Source: Candidatus Latescibacterota bacterium (GTDB lineage Bacteria > Latescibacterota > UBA2968). Taken from it: DNA of 64,000 nt. The notes beneath the pieces were generated by a model. The model searched no databases. It saw nothing but the letters and a program-made list of their open reading frames with translations, and was not told the DNA's origin. The stretch lies in contig OZ242311.1 of the NCBI GenBank assembly GCA_965207885.1, positions 4,160,001 through 4,224,000 on the forward strand. The letters are read 5' to 3'. Below, in pieces: positions 46,521 to 57,267 of the stretch. The translations under genes were made by a program, and so were the position numbers. Numbering within the stretch: position 1 is the stretch's first letter; each line of letters begins with the position of its first letter.

Positions 46521-48965
46521 TCAAAGCATCGACATCGGATCGACATTGATCGCCAGGGTCACACCGCGAGACCGGCGTTTATTGGGAGCAAATTGCGTGG
46601 CGGCATTGCGGGCGGCGGCATTGAGATGGCTGTGCGAATCGGATTTGAGCAAAACCTGCCAGCGATAGGTGCTCTGGATACGTGCGAGAGGAGCCTGTAC
46701 AGGACCCAGAATTTCAACATCGGGGGGTGTTTGTTCGCGCAAAGCCTGAGCAATTATGCCAGCCGCGCGTGCGACTTCGTGTTCATCTTTGCCCTTAAAG
46801 AGCAAAAGCACCACGCGTCCAAAGGGCGGGTAACCCAGACTTTGACGCGCACTGAGTTCGCGCTGTGCAAAAGCTTCAAAATCGTGGCACTGTGCGCATT
46901 GCACGGCCTCGCCATCGGGCATATAAGTTTGAATAACGACTTCCCCCGGAATCTCGCCTCGTCCGGCGCGCCCACTGACCTGAGTCAGCAATTGGAATGT
47001 GCGTTCGCTGGCGCGAAAATCTGGCAAATGGATACTCGTATCCGCAGAAATAACGCCGACGAGTGTCACACCGGGAAAATCGAGGCCTTTGGCGATCATC
47101 TGCGTACCGAGCAAAATATCGGCCTCGCCTCGGGAAAAGCGACTGAGTATGCGGTCATGCGCGCCCTTGCGGCGCGTGGTATCCACATCCATTCGCAAAA
47201 CGCGCACACCGGGAAACTGCGCTTCGAGGGTCTCTTCAACGCGCTGCGTCCCCACACCGAGAAAATGAAAGTTGCTGCTGTGACACGATGGACACGCCGA
47301 GGGTGATGGCTCAATATAACCGCAATAATGACAGAGCATCAGGCGTCGGGTCGCGTGATAAGTCAGGGTAACCTGACAGTGATCGCACTGGAAACTTTCC
47401 CCACAGTCGGCGCATTGAACCGCAGGCGCGTACCCGCGCCGGTTTTGAAGCAAAATGGTGCGTTCGCCCTTTTCAATGCGTTCGCGCATCTTTTCTCGAA
47501 GCGGGCGAGAAAACAAACTGCCACCTTCGTGCCGCATATCCACGAGTGTGACAGTGGGCAATGGACGATTGTCGATGCGCTCTGGCAATATTAAAGTGCT
47601 GAATTTTCCCGTCTGTGCATTGTGATGCGACTCGAGAGAAGGGGTTGCCGAGCCCAGAACAATGGGCAGATTTTGCAGATGGGCGCGCATCACAGCGACA
47701 TCCCGCGCATTGTAACGAGGTGCGGGATCGTCTTGTTTGTAAGAACCATCGTGTTCTTCGTCGATGATGATAAGGCCCAGATTTTCGACAGGTGCAAAAA
47801 TAGCTGAGCGCGCACCAATAACAACGGCGCGTTTTCCTCTGCGAACCTCGCGCCAGGCATCGTAGCGTTCACCAGGGGACAATGCACTGTGCAAAACCGC
47901 GACGCGATCGCCAAAATGGGCGCGAAAGCGACGGACGGTCTGCGGCGTCAGAGTGATTTCCGGCACCAGAACAATTGCGCCTTTTCCCGATGCGAGCGCA
48001 TGTGCAACCGCCCGAATATAAACCAGTGTTTTGCCGCTACCCGTCACCCCGCGCAAAAGGTGAACCCGAAAGGCGTTTTCATCAATACTTTGTCCAATCG
48101 CCTTGATGGCCCCCGCTTGATGGGGCGTAAGCGTTACATCTTCAGGCGGGGGAAGATCGGTGTCGGCATAAGGATCGCGCACCACTTCGCGATTAATAAA
48201 ACAGATCAAATTGCGCTTGGCCATTTCTCTCAGTACGCCCGATGAAATCCCTTCTGCGGACAGCTGTGCGGTCAACAGGGGGCGATTTGCCGAACGCAGA
48301 AGGCGAATACACTGCGCCTGGCGGGGTGCGCGTTTTTCCAGTGTGGGCAATTCCAGGTCAAACCAGCGCGGATCATCGGGCACAAGTGCCACTGCACGCT
48401 GGGTCTTGGTTTTTACTTTAGGTGCTGACATCTTTTGAAACGCGACCAGAACACCCCGCCTCAAAAGGCCGTATATCGCGGGCTGTACACCCTGTTTTCC
48501 AAGTCGTTTTTGAAGTTGTCGCATCGATGCCGAACCGAGTTCGCCCAATACAGTGACGACCTCGCGCTGACGCGGCGAAAGCAGGCGACTGATCGCGTCG
48601 TCAAAGTTTTTTTCAAGGGCAAAATGCTGCCCACTATCCAGGTGAATACCCGATGGAAGAGCCGCAGAGATGACCTCCGAGAGACTGCACAGATAATACC
48701 AGACCATCCACTTGCACAATTCGAGCATCGGCGGTGTCACAAGAGGATGTGAATCCAGGATTTGGGCAATGGTCTTGACGCGATTGGAGGGCAGATCGCA
48801 CGTTTCGCAAAAGCCGACGACAATACCCGTAACCCAGCGTTCTCCAAAAGGGACAAGGACGCGGTAGCCCGTTTGGAGACCGTCCTGGAGATCGTCGGGA
48901 ATGCGGTAGGTAAATGTATTGAGGGATGTGCCCAGGGGAACGATTTGTGCGAAAGGATGCGCCAT
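46521..48965 (-). CDS. priA: Primosomal protein N'
   Basis: 'GVTGSGKT','DEEHD', four CxxC pairs, 'GTQMIAKGLDFP','QVSGRAGR'. Confidence 0.97.
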   Translation of the reverse strand: MAHPFAQIVPLGTSLNTFTYRIPDDLQDGLQTGYRVLVPFGERWVTGIVVGFCETCDLPSNRVKTIAQILDSHPLVTPPMLELCKWMVWYYLCSLSEVISAALPSGIHLDSGQHFALEKNFDDAISRLLSPRQREVVTVLGELGSASMRQLQKRLGKQGVQPAIYGLLRRGVLVAFQKMSAPKVKTKTQRAVALVPDDPRWFDLELPTLEKRAPRQAQCIRLLRSANRPLLTAQLSAEGISSGVLREMAKRNLICFINREVVRDPYADTDLPPPEDVTLTPHQAGAIKAIGQSIDENAFRVHLLRGVTGSGKTLVYIRAVAHALASGKGAIVLVPEITLTPQTVRRFRAHFGDRVAVLHSALSPGERYDAWREVRRGKRAVVIGARSAIFAPVENLGLIIIDEEHDGSYKQDDPAPRYNARDVAVMRAHLQNLPIVLGSATPSLESHHNAQTGKFSTLILPERIDNRPLPTVTLVDMRHEGGSLFSRPLREKMRERIEKGERTILLQNRRGYAPAVQCADCGESFQCDHCQVTLTYHATRRLMLCHYCGYIEPSPSACPSCHSSNFHFLGVGTQRVEETLEAQFPGVRVLRMDVDTTRRKGAHDRILSRFSRGEADILLGTQMIAKGLDFPGVTLVGVISADTSIHLPDFRASERTFQLLTQVSGRAGRGEIPGEVVIQTYMPDGEAVQCAQCHDFEAFAQRELSARQSLGYPPFGRVVLLLFKGKDEHEVARAAGIIAQALREQTPPDVEILGPVQAPLARIQSTYRWQVLLKSDSHSHLNAAARNAATQFAPNKRRSRGVTLAINVDPMSML

Positions 48966-48970
48966 AAAAA

Positions 48971-49927
48971 CTATCGGCCTATCTGTGGGCCAGAGGGCGT
49001 GTCGCCGAGTTCTTCGACTTTGATGAGGGTGCGAAAAATAGTCAGGCGAAGACCGCGATCGGGTGGGCTGGCAACTTCGAGAGGCTGGTCCTGCAGTGAA
49101 AGCGAAATCGAGCTGGCACGCTGTATCTCCACTTGAAACCGGTCATGTGCCAGCCAACGTTGCTGCCGTCCTACAGGAAGCACACCTGCAAAAACCCCGC
49201 GGTCATCGGCAGTAATGGATAGATGCGCGTTTTCTCTTGCAACGCCGGAAAGAATCATGATTTCTCCTTCGGCAATGACGCCGTGAATAGGCAAATTATA
49301 TGTGCTGAGTACAACAGGTGCGGGTTGAGAGGCTGGCGTCTCTGCCACAATATCCGATGGCATCATCTGATTTTCTGATAGGGATGGCATAACGGACTGT
49401 GTGCTGTCTCGCAGTTGCATCTCTTGTACGGATTTCGCGCTATCAGACGGCATCTCCTCTTCGGAAATGCTTATTTGTTCAGTTGAGATAACTGATTCCG
49501 TGCTATCTGGTATTGGAAGAGGTGATGTGGTTGTATCGAGGGGGGCTGTGAGCGGTGTTTCCCCACGCGAATTGAGAATGATGATCACCACTGCAATCAC
49601 CGCGAATGCGAGCAACGAGATAAATATTGCGCTGCGATTTATCCCGCGTTCTGGAGAGGGCAGTGCTGTGGCCCGCTCACGCGGCAGTACAACGCTTCTA
49701 TCAAAGAGAATAAGGATGTCTCGAACATTGAGATTGAGTGCTTGTGCATAAGTTTTGAGAAATAAACGCGCATAAGCTACGGGCAATAAATCGAATTGGC
49801 CCGCTTCAAGCACCTTGATAAACTCGGGATTGATCCGCGTGTGTTCGTAAATATCGCCGATACTCAGACCCAGATTCTCGCGCTGCGTTTTGAGTAACTC
49901 AGCAATTTCTTGTTTTTGATCTGACAT
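48971..49927 (-). CDS. RodZ-like protein (HTH, TM, DUF4115)
   Basis: N-terminal HTH 'YARLFLKTYAQAL', single TM, low-complexity linker. Confidence 0.75.
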   Translation of the reverse strand: MSDQKQEIAELLKTQRENLGLSIGDIYEHTRINPEFIKVLEAGQFDLLPVAYARLFLKTYAQALNLNVRDILILFDRSVVLPRERATALPSPERGINRSAIFISLLAFAVIAVVIIILNSRGETPLTAPLDTTTSPLPIPDSTESVISTEQISISEEEMPSDSAKSVQEMQLRDSTQSVMPSLSENQMMPSDIVAETPASQPAPVVLSTYNLPIHGVIAEGEIMILSGVARENAHLSITADDRGVFAGVLPVGRQQRWLAHDRFQVEIQRASSISLSLQDQPLEVASPPDRGLRLTIFRTLIKVEELGDTPSGPQIGR

Positions 49928-49953
49928 GGATAGTTGTATTTCCCGTTGTATTT

Positions 49954-50568
49954 TTAAATGTCTATCGCATCACTATTTTCGGGTATGATCGTCCAAAGCG
50001 ATTGCCCGACCAGACGATGATAAAGGCTCCAAAAGCACGCAAGCGGCAAGCCCACCACATTGTAGAAGCAACCGGATATAGATTGAATAAATGCAGATGC
50101 ACGCCCCTGCGCGCCATAAGCACCGGCTTTGTCCATAGAATCCCCAGTGGCGACATAGCGTGCGATATCCTCCGATGATAGCACGCGCATGGTGACGTAG
50201 GTAGTTGCAACTTCTGTCAGAGTCAGTCCGGTTTCCGTATCTGTGAGAGTCAACCCTGTATAGACCTGATGGGTTTTTCCCGAAAGTCGCGCCAGCATGT
50301 CTTCGGCGTGTTTGGCGTCATTCGGTTTCCCGAAAATTGCATCTTCCAATACCACAACTGTATCGGCTCCCAAAACGAGCGCGTGGTCAAAACGATGGAC
50401 AACCGCCTTTGTTTTTCGCTGTGCGATTTCCCGCACGTGTTCGGCAGGTGGCAAGATGGTATCCAGAGCCTCATTGGCATTGCTCGGCGCGATTTCAAAC
50501 GGAATATCCAACAAGCGCAATAAACTCGCACGCCTGGGTGAGGCAGAAGCGAGAATCAGTTTCTTCAT
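49954..50568 (-). CDS. maf: Maf-family nucleoside triphosphate pyrophosphatase
   Basis: '[10 protein letters not shown]','GADTVV','GKP','DKAGAYG','NVVGLP'. Confidence 0.94.
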   Translation of the reverse strand: MKKLILASASPRRASLLRLLDIPFEIAPSNANEALDTILPPAEHVREIAQRKTKAVVHRFDHALVLGADTVVVLEDAIFGKPNDAKHAEDMLARLSGKTHQVYTGLTLTDTETGLTLTEVATTYVTMRVLSSEDIARYVATGDSMDKAGAYGAQGRASAFIQSISGCFYNVVGLPLACFWSLYHRLVGQSLWTIIPENSDAIDI

Positions 50569-51008
50569 ATCTCTGAGTCAATCATCAATGTAACGGGACC
50601 AGTGTTGTGAATTTCGACCTGCATATACGCGCCAAAAACGCCGGTTTCAGTGTGAATGCCAAAGGTGCGGAGGCGCTGGACAAATTGCTCGTATATAGAG
50701 TTGGCAATATCTGGTGGAGCTGCCCGATTAAAACTCGGGCGGCGGCCTTTGCGGGTATCGGCGTGCAGAGTAAATTGCGAAACCACCAGCGCCTGCCCAC
50801 CCGTGTCGAGCAAGGATCTGTTCATTTTGCCCTGATCGTCTTCAAAAATTCTCAAATTTACACATTTCTCGGCAACATATTCCATATCTGAAAGACCATC
50901 GGTATCGCTAATACCCAGCAAAATCAAAAGACCGCGGTCAATTTGACCAACGACTTGTTCTTCAACGCGAACCGTTGCCCTGCATACCCGCTGAATCAAT
51001 GCCCGCAC
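50565..51008 (-). CDS. dtd: D-aminoacyl-tRNA deacylase
   Basis: 'RALIQRV','SQFTL','KGRRPSF','FGAYMQV...GPVT'; GTG start after GGAGG. Confidence 0.95.
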   Translation of the reverse strand: MRALIQRVCRATVRVEEQVVGQIDRGLLILLGISDTDGLSDMEYVAEKCVNLRIFEDDQGKMNRSLLDTGGQALVVSQFTLHADTRKGRRPSFNRAAPPDIANSIYEQFVQRLRTFGIHTETGVFGAYMQVEIHNTGPVTLMIDSEI

Positions 51009-51078
51009 GCTACCCTCCAATGCTAAAAACGCCTATACCATTTATAACCTATTTGCGGCATGTGTGCAAGGTGAAAGA

Positions 51079-51949
51079 TTAGGTAGTGTCTGAAAAGTAA
51101 GCTTTGAAGAGTTGTCTGATACAGGCCAGCTTGACCATAGTGAGAAAATGAGTCGCCTTTTTTTCAAATCGGGTCACAATCCGTCGGCAGTGTTTAAGCC
51201 AACCAAAGAGACGCTCCACGATATTGCGTTTGGCATATAATCTTTTATCACACTTAGGCCGTGGTCCTCTCTTACGCCGTTTTCTGCCTTTGGGAATCGC
51301 CTTGTTTGGGATAGCAGCCTTGATACCCCGTTTGCGTAGATAGACTCTGATGCGTGAGACATCATAAGATTTATCAGCTACCAGATACTTGGGTCGGTTT
51401 CTTGGACGCCCTCGTTTGGTGGGTATGCATACCTTTGACAGTAGCCTTTCAGCCTGTGTGGATTCTGACTGGTTACCAGGGAGAAGATCCACTGCTAAAG
51501 GATGCCCGACTGCATCGCAAAGAAGATGGATTTTCGTGGTCAAACCGCCACGAGAGCGTCCTAAAGCGTGATCTGGGGGCTCTTCTTCACCCTTTTTGCC
51601 CTTTTTTTTTCGCTCCTGCCGCGGCTTGTGTGGCTCGAATATGGGTTGCATCCATCATCCAGGTCGCATAATCTAAAAGACCATCTTCACCCAATTTGAG
51701 ATGTAGCTTTTCTACAATGCGATCAAAGGTGCCATCCTGTTTCCATTTGCAGAATCGGTCAAAGGCTGTCTGCCAAGGACCATATCGTTCTGGCAGGTCG
51801 CGCCAAGCTGCACCTGAACACAATATCCAGAAGATCCCGTTGAATAATGTACGATCATCCCGACGGGGACGACCCATCTTCTTCGGCGGTGGGAACAGGT
51901 CTTGGATCAGATGCCAAGCCTCGTCGCGCAGTTCATATCTCCGTTGCAT
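51079..51949 (-). CDS. IS5-family transposase in two overlapping ORFs joined by a probable programmed -1 frameshift
   Basis: ORF A 'WRDLPERYGPW...MDAT'; ORF B 'GRSRGGLTTKIH','ADKSYD','RNIVERLFGWLK..RRI.TRFEK'; A9G slippery run at 51601-51610. Confidence 0.9.
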
Positions 51950-52018
51950 ATCATACTCCTTGGTTTAGGGCGTATGCTGCAACTAAAATACATACTTTAC
52001 GACTTTTCAGACACTACC
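51082..52018 (-). mobile_element. IS5-family (IS427-like) insertion sequence, 937 bp
   Basis: Perfect 17-bp IRs GGTAGTGTCTGAAAAGT, each flanked by TA (probable target duplication). Confidence 0.92.
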
Positions 52019-52060
52019 TAGGAGAGGGGGTGTGGGTGCCCTTCGAACTTCTCACCGCCT

Positions 52061-54424
52061 TTATATCCCAAATCCCCCACGACGGTGTTCAAGTTTTATT
52101 TGCGGGATGTCCTTAATATTGATCTTAAAAAAGAACCCCTTATTAAAACCCGCGGGATACCACGAAAACCGCGCTTCCCAACAGTGCAGATCGCGGTAAA
52201 GCGATAGGCTTTGCGCCGAGATTTTGGCATCGGGCAGAACATCGATATTGATCGAATAGTCAATTCTTATAAATTGGCGAGGATTGATGCCAATATCTGC
52301 TTTGATCCAGGATGTTTTGCTCGTGGTATTGCCGAATCGCCGCATCGCAATATAATGAGAGAGATTGAATCGCCACGGCTGGCTGGCACCGCCAAAATCG
52401 CTGTACAAATCGCGTTCAAAGCCAAAATCTGCGCCATATCCCCCCCTGTATCCACCGCCATATCCAGCATCATATCCATCGTCATACCCAGGATCGTATC
52501 TATCAGGAAGAGCGGACTGGATAACCATATTGCCTCGTCCACCTTGACCACCGGAAAAACGGAAATTGGAGGTAATGGTCAGGTTCTGCAGACGCGGATG
52601 CAAAAGCGCCCGTTGGCCTGTGCTGTCATAGAGCGTATGGGTCATCGCAATGCGGACATCCACGCGGCGATCGGGTTTGAGAGACGCGCTGGTGCGAAGC
52701 GGTCGCCATTTTTGTCTCGGCGCGTCAAGATCGTATCCCGTTGACAAATTGAGCGTCGCCAGAGTAAAGCGACGCACATCGTCGTCGCGCTGAGTTTTGA
52801 GTTCAAAAGTATTGCCGATATTAAAATTTATGCTGCGTCTGGCATCGTCCCATCTGCGATTGCCTCCAAACCCCATTGTTCCTTGAAAGATGCTTCCCGA
52901 TTGGTTGTAATTGAAATTGAGCCGGGGCTGAAAGCGATGCCGAATGCCGCGCAACCGACCGATTTGCGGTTGGAATATGCCGTATAATGTCGTACCCGAA
53001 GTCAGCGCCGCGTTGTAAGACGTGCGTCGAGTTGTCGAATCGGTATCGCTATATATAAATTCTTCGCCAAAATTAAAGCCCGGCGTGAGATCGAGCCAGC
53101 CCAGAGGACGGTGTTGACTGTTGACAGTGACGCGATTTTGAATAGAGACGCGCTCTGTATTGGGTACCGGGTCGGGATTGCGCGCAAAATTATTGGATAG
53201 CGTACTCGAAAAACCATAGTAAAACGCGCGATACCACGGCCCCGTAACAGATGTGGGTTCATTACCTCCAAATATGCGGCGTCTGTTTTGTCGAAAGCTG
53301 AGGCGGGGAAAGCCCTGAAAGCTATTGTTTTTTGCCCTCAGGTCTCGGTAATACGTCAAGCTGCCGTCAATGCTGCGCCCGGATTCTGTCCAGCGTTTAT
53401 CAAAAGAAAAACTGGATCTCAATTGCCGATTGAGATAGCGATAGAGATTATTGCTATTGCGTCGGTCAAAATTGGTACTGGTGGAAAACTGCCCGCTCCC
53501 CCTGATATTGGTCGTGGCGTTGATGCGTTGCTGGTGTTGCAAATTGAAGCGCCAATTGTGGGCATTACCATCACCTGAAGTGTCGTGGTCGTATCCAATG
53601 TCCATTGAGCCGCTGAACCGATTGCGCCTGGCATAGGCAAATCGCGATTCGAGCAAAAATCCACCGCGCTCGCGCAAAGTGCTCTTAACCGTGGCATCCC
53701 AGTATTCACTCGGCGCAAAATAATATCCCACATTGTGAACAAAAATGCCATCGCGGCTGTTGCTGCCCACGCCCGGCGTGAGCAAGCCCGATTGCCGCCC
53801 GCGCTTGACTGGAAAAACGAAAAAGGGAACCCAGAAAATGGGAATCGGACCAATGCGAAAAGTAACAGACCGCCCAATCGCTTTGTCGTCTTGCAAAATA
53901 CGCACATTTTTGCACAAAAAATCGTAGTGTACATGGTCGCGATCACATGTGCTCAAAGAGAGATTCAGTGCATTTAATGCTTTTTGACCATCGAGTGCGA
54001 TATGGGCACCGCGATAGTGTTTGCGCTGATGTGACGCGCGTCCATCTCGCACGCTGCCGCGTTCTGTATCGAGGTCATAGACCATGTGCTCACCCGAAAT
54101 TTTCTCGCTACCGCGGGTAAATTGGGGTGGTCCCACGGTTTTTGCCCCAGTAGAATCGGGCAATGCGCGTGCTGTGACGTGCCGGGTGTTTTGATCGTAC
54201 GTGATATGATCGGCTTTGAGTTGCAGGTCGCGATAGCGCAAGGTGGCATTGCCGGTCAATTCCACGCGCCTGGTCTGCACGTGATAAACGACCTCGTCCG
54301 CGTCAAACCCTATAGAATCGCCAGCGGCTTTTTGCGGCAAAACAGGTTGGCACCATCCCGGCGCAATCGCAAATAACAGGAACAAAACGAGCCACACGGC
54401 TTGTGTTTTATTGTAGATATACAT
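52061..54424 (-). CDS. lptD: Putative LPS-assembly protein LptD
   Basis: Signal peptide, OstA-like domain 'STCD..HY', 'RQSGLLTP', barrel, 'RDLHCWE'; exact start uncertain (54424 or 54490). Confidence 0.8.
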   Translation of the reverse strand: MYIYNKTQAVWLVLFLLFAIAPGWCQPVLPQKAAGDSIGFDADEVVYHVQTRRVELTGNATLRYRDLQLKADHITYDQNTRHVTARALPDSTGAKTVGPPQFTRGSEKISGEHMVYDLDTERGSVRDGRASHQRKHYRGAHIALDGQKALNALNLSLSTCDRDHVHYDFLCKNVRILQDDKAIGRSVTFRIGPIPIFWVPFFVFPVKRGRQSGLLTPGVGSNSRDGIFVHNVGYYFAPSEYWDATVKSTLRERGGFLLESRFAYARRNRFSGSMDIGYDHDTSGDGNAHNWRFNLQHQQRINATTNIRGSGQFSTSTNFDRRNSNNLYRYLNRQLRSSFSFDKRWTESGRSIDGSLTYYRDLRAKNNSFQGFPRLSFRQNRRRIFGGNEPTSVTGPWYRAFYYGFSSTLSNNFARNPDPVPNTERVSIQNRVTVNSQHRPLGWLDLTPGFNFGEEFIYSDTDSTTRRTSYNAALTSGTTLYGIFQPQIGRLRGIRHRFQPRLNFNYNQSGSIFQGTMGFGGNRRWDDARRSINFNIGNTFELKTQRDDDVRRFTLATLNLSTGYDLDAPRQKWRPLRTSASLKPDRRVDVRIAMTHTLYDSTGQRALLHPRLQNLTITSNFRFSGGQGGRGNMVIQSALPDRYDPGYDDGYDAGYGGGYRGGYGADFGFERDLYSDFGGASQPWRFNLSHYIAMRRFGNTTSKTSWIKADIGINPRQFIRIDYSINIDVLPDAKISAQSLSLYRDLHCWEARFSWYPAGFNKGFFFKINIKDIPQIKLEHRRGGFGI

Positions 54425-54624
54425 AGTTTTTAGAAATGTGTTGCGGATTTTTTGGAGTACAAACGTAAATTCGAGAATTGGAAAAGTCAACAGGGGTTCC
54501 TCGACGGAACCACTGGATTAATGCCTGGCCTCCTATCCTCTATAAAGAAGAAAATACGTCAATGGTTCCGTTTTTATTGATATATTTCAGCGGAACCTGT
54601 ATCTTTACTTTTCGCGGCAAATAT

Positions 54625-54711
54625 GCGGACGTGGTGGAATTGGCAGACACGCCAGATTTAGGATCTGGTGGGGTAAAACCCGTGGGGGTTCGAGTCCCCC
54701 CGTCCGCACCA
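54625..54711 (+). tRNA. tRNA-Leu (TAG)
   Basis: Acceptor stem GCGGACG/CGTCCGC, anticodon arm CCAGA-ttTAGga-TCTGG, long variable arm, GGTTCGAG T-loop, encoded CCA. Confidence 0.97.
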
Positions 54712-54762
54712 AATAACAATCAGACGATGCGAGGCCCTACTCCTTGAATCGCTGGCGCGAGA

Positions 54763-54790
54763 ACTCCCTTTGGGGAGCTTTTTTATTTAT
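54763..54790 (+). terminator. Probable terminator after tRNA-Leu
   Basis: CTCCC-tttg-GGGAG followed by a T-run. Confidence 0.55.
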
Positions 54791-54839
54791 TGTTTAACAG
54801 ATCCGATACCAATAAAAACAACGTGAAAGCGAGGAATTT

Positions 54840-56111
54840 GTGGCAACATTTTTGAATCGCGATCAAGTAAGAGCAATTCGAGCAGAATTTGGTACCCCGG
54901 TTTATGTTTACGACCAGCGCACGCTGGAAGCACAGGCCAAGGCGGTGTTAAACTTCCCCAATGCCTTTGGACTTACTGCGCGCTATGCGATGAAAGCATT
55001 GCCCAACAGCACCGTAATTCGCATCTTAACGCAAAAGGGTTTGCATATCGATGCCAGTAGTGGATATGAAGCCGAGCGCGCCATGCGGGCCGGTGTGCCT
55101 GGCCATCACATCATGCTTACGGCACAGCAGATACCAAAAAATTTGAAATACCTGATCGAGCAAGGTGTGATCTTTAATGCGTGTTCCCTGAATCAACTGC
55201 GAACTTATGGCGACCTGTTCTCTGGACGATCCCTTTCCGTGCGTATCAATCCCGGTATGGGGTCTGGGCACAGCAAACGCACTAACGTGGGGGGACCTGC
55301 GGCGAGTTTTGGGATCTGGCATGAATATATCTCCGATGTCCATGAAATTTGCAAACAACGCGATTTGACAATAACGACCATGCATACGCATATCGGGTCG
55401 GGCAGCGATCCCGAAGTGTGGGAGCGCGTCGCGTTGATGTCATTGAAAATTTGCGTTGGATTTGAAAACACCACCACATTGAGCCTGGGAGGCGGGTACA
55501 AGATTGGGCGCATACCGGGCGAAGTATCGACGGATTTGCAGGTAATCGGGCAACATGTGGCCGAAGCCTTTGAAATGACCGCGAGACAAACAGGACGGCC
55601 GTTGCGTTTAGAAGTGGAACCCGGCACATATCTGGTCGCAAATGCCGGCGCAATCGTTGCAACGGCGATTGATGTGGTAGATACCGGAAAAGACGGGTAC
55701 AAATTTATCAAAACCGATACCGGGATGACCGAAGTGATTCGCCCGAGCATGTACGGGGCACAGCACCCTATTGCCGTGGTGCCCACCAAGGAAGAAGAAC
55801 GCGGAATGGACGAATATATCGTGGTAGGACATTGTTGTGAAAGTGGCGACGTATTAACTCCGGCACCCGACGATCCCGAAGGTTTGCAGCCCCGGATGTT
55901 GACACAGACAAAAGAGGGAGACGCAGTGGTCATTGACGGAGCGGGAGCGTATTGTGCGGGCATGTCGTCTAAAAATTACAACTCCTTTCCCGAAGCGGCC
56001 GAAGTATTATTGGACAGAGACGGCGCATTGCACTTAATTCGGAAACGCCAGACACTGGATCAGGTCCTGGAAAATGAAATTGTACCGGATTTTTTGACCA
56101 CTAAGAGCTAA
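54840..56111 (+). CDS. lysA: Diaminopimelate decarboxylase
   Basis: 'GTPVYVYD','YAMKA','HTHIGS','EPG','CCESGD','GAY','NYNS'. Confidence 0.93.
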   Translation: MATFLNRDQVRAIRAEFGTPVYVYDQRTLEAQAKAVLNFPNAFGLTARYAMKALPNSTVIRILTQKGLHIDASSGYEAERAMRAGVPGHHIMLTAQQIPKNLKYLIEQGVIFNACSLNQLRTYGDLFSGRSLSVRINPGMGSGHSKRTNVGGPAASFGIWHEYISDVHEICKQRDLTITTMHTHIGSGSDPEVWERVALMSLKICVGFENTTTLSLGGGYKIGRIPGEVSTDLQVIGQHVAEAFEMTARQTGRPLRLEVEPGTYLVANAGAIVATAIDVVDTGKDGYKFIKTDTGMTEVIRPSMYGAQHPIAVVPTKEEERGMDEYIVVGHCCESGDVLTPAPDDPEGLQPRMLTQTKEGDAVVIDGAGAYCAGMSSKNYNSFPEAAEVLLDRDGALHLIRKRQTLDQVLENEIVPDFLTTKS

Positions 56112-56114
56112 TCT

Positions 56115-57254
56115 ATGACTTATGACGCAATTGTATTGGGTGCAGGAATCAATGGATGCGGCATTGCGCGTGAACTCGCCGAACGCGGACAACGGGTGCT
56201 GGTGCTGGACAAGGGAGCGATTGGCGGGGGCACATCGTCCAAATCGTCGCGATTGATCCACGGTGGATTGCGCTATTTGGAAACGCGACAATTTGGGCTG
56301 GTGCGAGAGGCTTTGAGTGATCGACTGGAGCTTTTGGGACGCTATCCCGAACTGGTCTCAATGCGACCGTTTTATCTGCCAATCTATCGCAAGAGCCCGC
56401 GTCCCGTCTGGAGGTTGTGGACGGGTATCAAGCTCTACGACGCACTGGCTGGGCGGCACAATATCTATCGGTCACGTAAAGTCCCTCGAAAGCTATTTAC
56501 CCGCGAATTTCCCGCATTAAAGCGAGAAGGAATTCGGGCAGTACTGCGCTATTACGACGGCAAGACAAACGATCTCGCACTCACAAAGCGCGTGGCAGAA
56601 GATGCGCAAGAACTGGGATGCGTATTTCGCGAAGGGATAGACGTTCAACATGTGGCCTGGGATGAAAGTGGGTTTGCCGTGTTGGTCGAAGAAAAAAAAT
56701 ATCGCAGTCACACCCTGATCAATGCAACGGGACCGTGGATTGATGAAGTCATAGCGCGCTATCAGTTCCCCTCGCGATTTCAGATTCGTAAAGTGAGCGG
56801 TATTCACATTTTTGTAGATAAACTGCTCACACCCCACCCCTTGTTTTTACAAACCCAGGGCAAGCGCATCTTTTTTCTTATCCCCGAGCCAGAACGCGAC
56901 CAGACAATAATTGGCACAACCGAGCGCGAAGAGCGAGGACGCGTAGATGACGTCGTGATTCAGGAGGAAGATATCGATTATTTGATTCGGGCAGTAAATG
57001 CGTACCTGACGCCAAACTGCCAGCTTCAGCACGCGGATATCACAGATGCCACTGTGGGGGTTCGTCCCCTCGTAGAAAAAAAAGGCGACGCAACCGTGCT
57101 CTCGCGGGAATACGAACTGGATTTGCACACGCGCGGGCAAACCCAATTCCTCAATATATTCGGCGGAAAACTGACGACGTACTTATCGCTATCGCGCCGA
57201 GTCGCTAAAACACTCGGCATCAAAGAAATCGCATCGATGGCACTACGCGCTTAA
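56115..57254 (+). CDS. glpD: FAD-dependent glycerol-3-phosphate dehydrogenase (short form)
   Basis: 'GAGING','GTSSKSSRLIHGGLRYLE','NATGPW','GTT','GVRPL','GGKLTTY'. Confidence 0.85.
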   Translation: MTYDAIVLGAGINGCGIARELAERGQRVLVLDKGAIGGGTSSKSSRLIHGGLRYLETRQFGLVREALSDRLELLGRYPELVSMRPFYLPIYRKSPRPVWRLWTGIKLYDALAGRHNIYRSRKVPRKLFTREFPALKREGIRAVLRYYDGKTNDLALTKRVAEDAQELGCVFREGIDVQHVAWDESGFAVLVEEKKYRSHTLINATGPWIDEVIARYQFPSRFQIRKVSGIHIFVDKLLTPHPLFLQTQGKRIFFLIPEPERDQTIIGTTEREERGRVDDVVIQEEDIDYLIRAVNAYLTPNCQLQHADITDATVGVRPLVEKKGDATVLSREYELDLHTRGQTQFLNIFGGKLTTYLSLSRRVAKTLGIKEIASMALRA

Positions 57255-57267
57255 TCGGAGAAAATAG

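Noticed and set aside
43414-49136. Numerous plus-strand ORFs opposite glyA, the flippase and priA
   Set aside because: Antisense shadows of well-conserved genes
51587-51651. IS5 transposase as a frameshifted pseudogene
   Set aside because: Two-ORF layout with an A9G slippery site is normal for IS427-like elements, and the IRs are perfect
54625-54711. tRNA-Leu as an integration site
   Set aside because: No integrase nearby and no duplicated tRNA 3' end noticed; flanked by core genes
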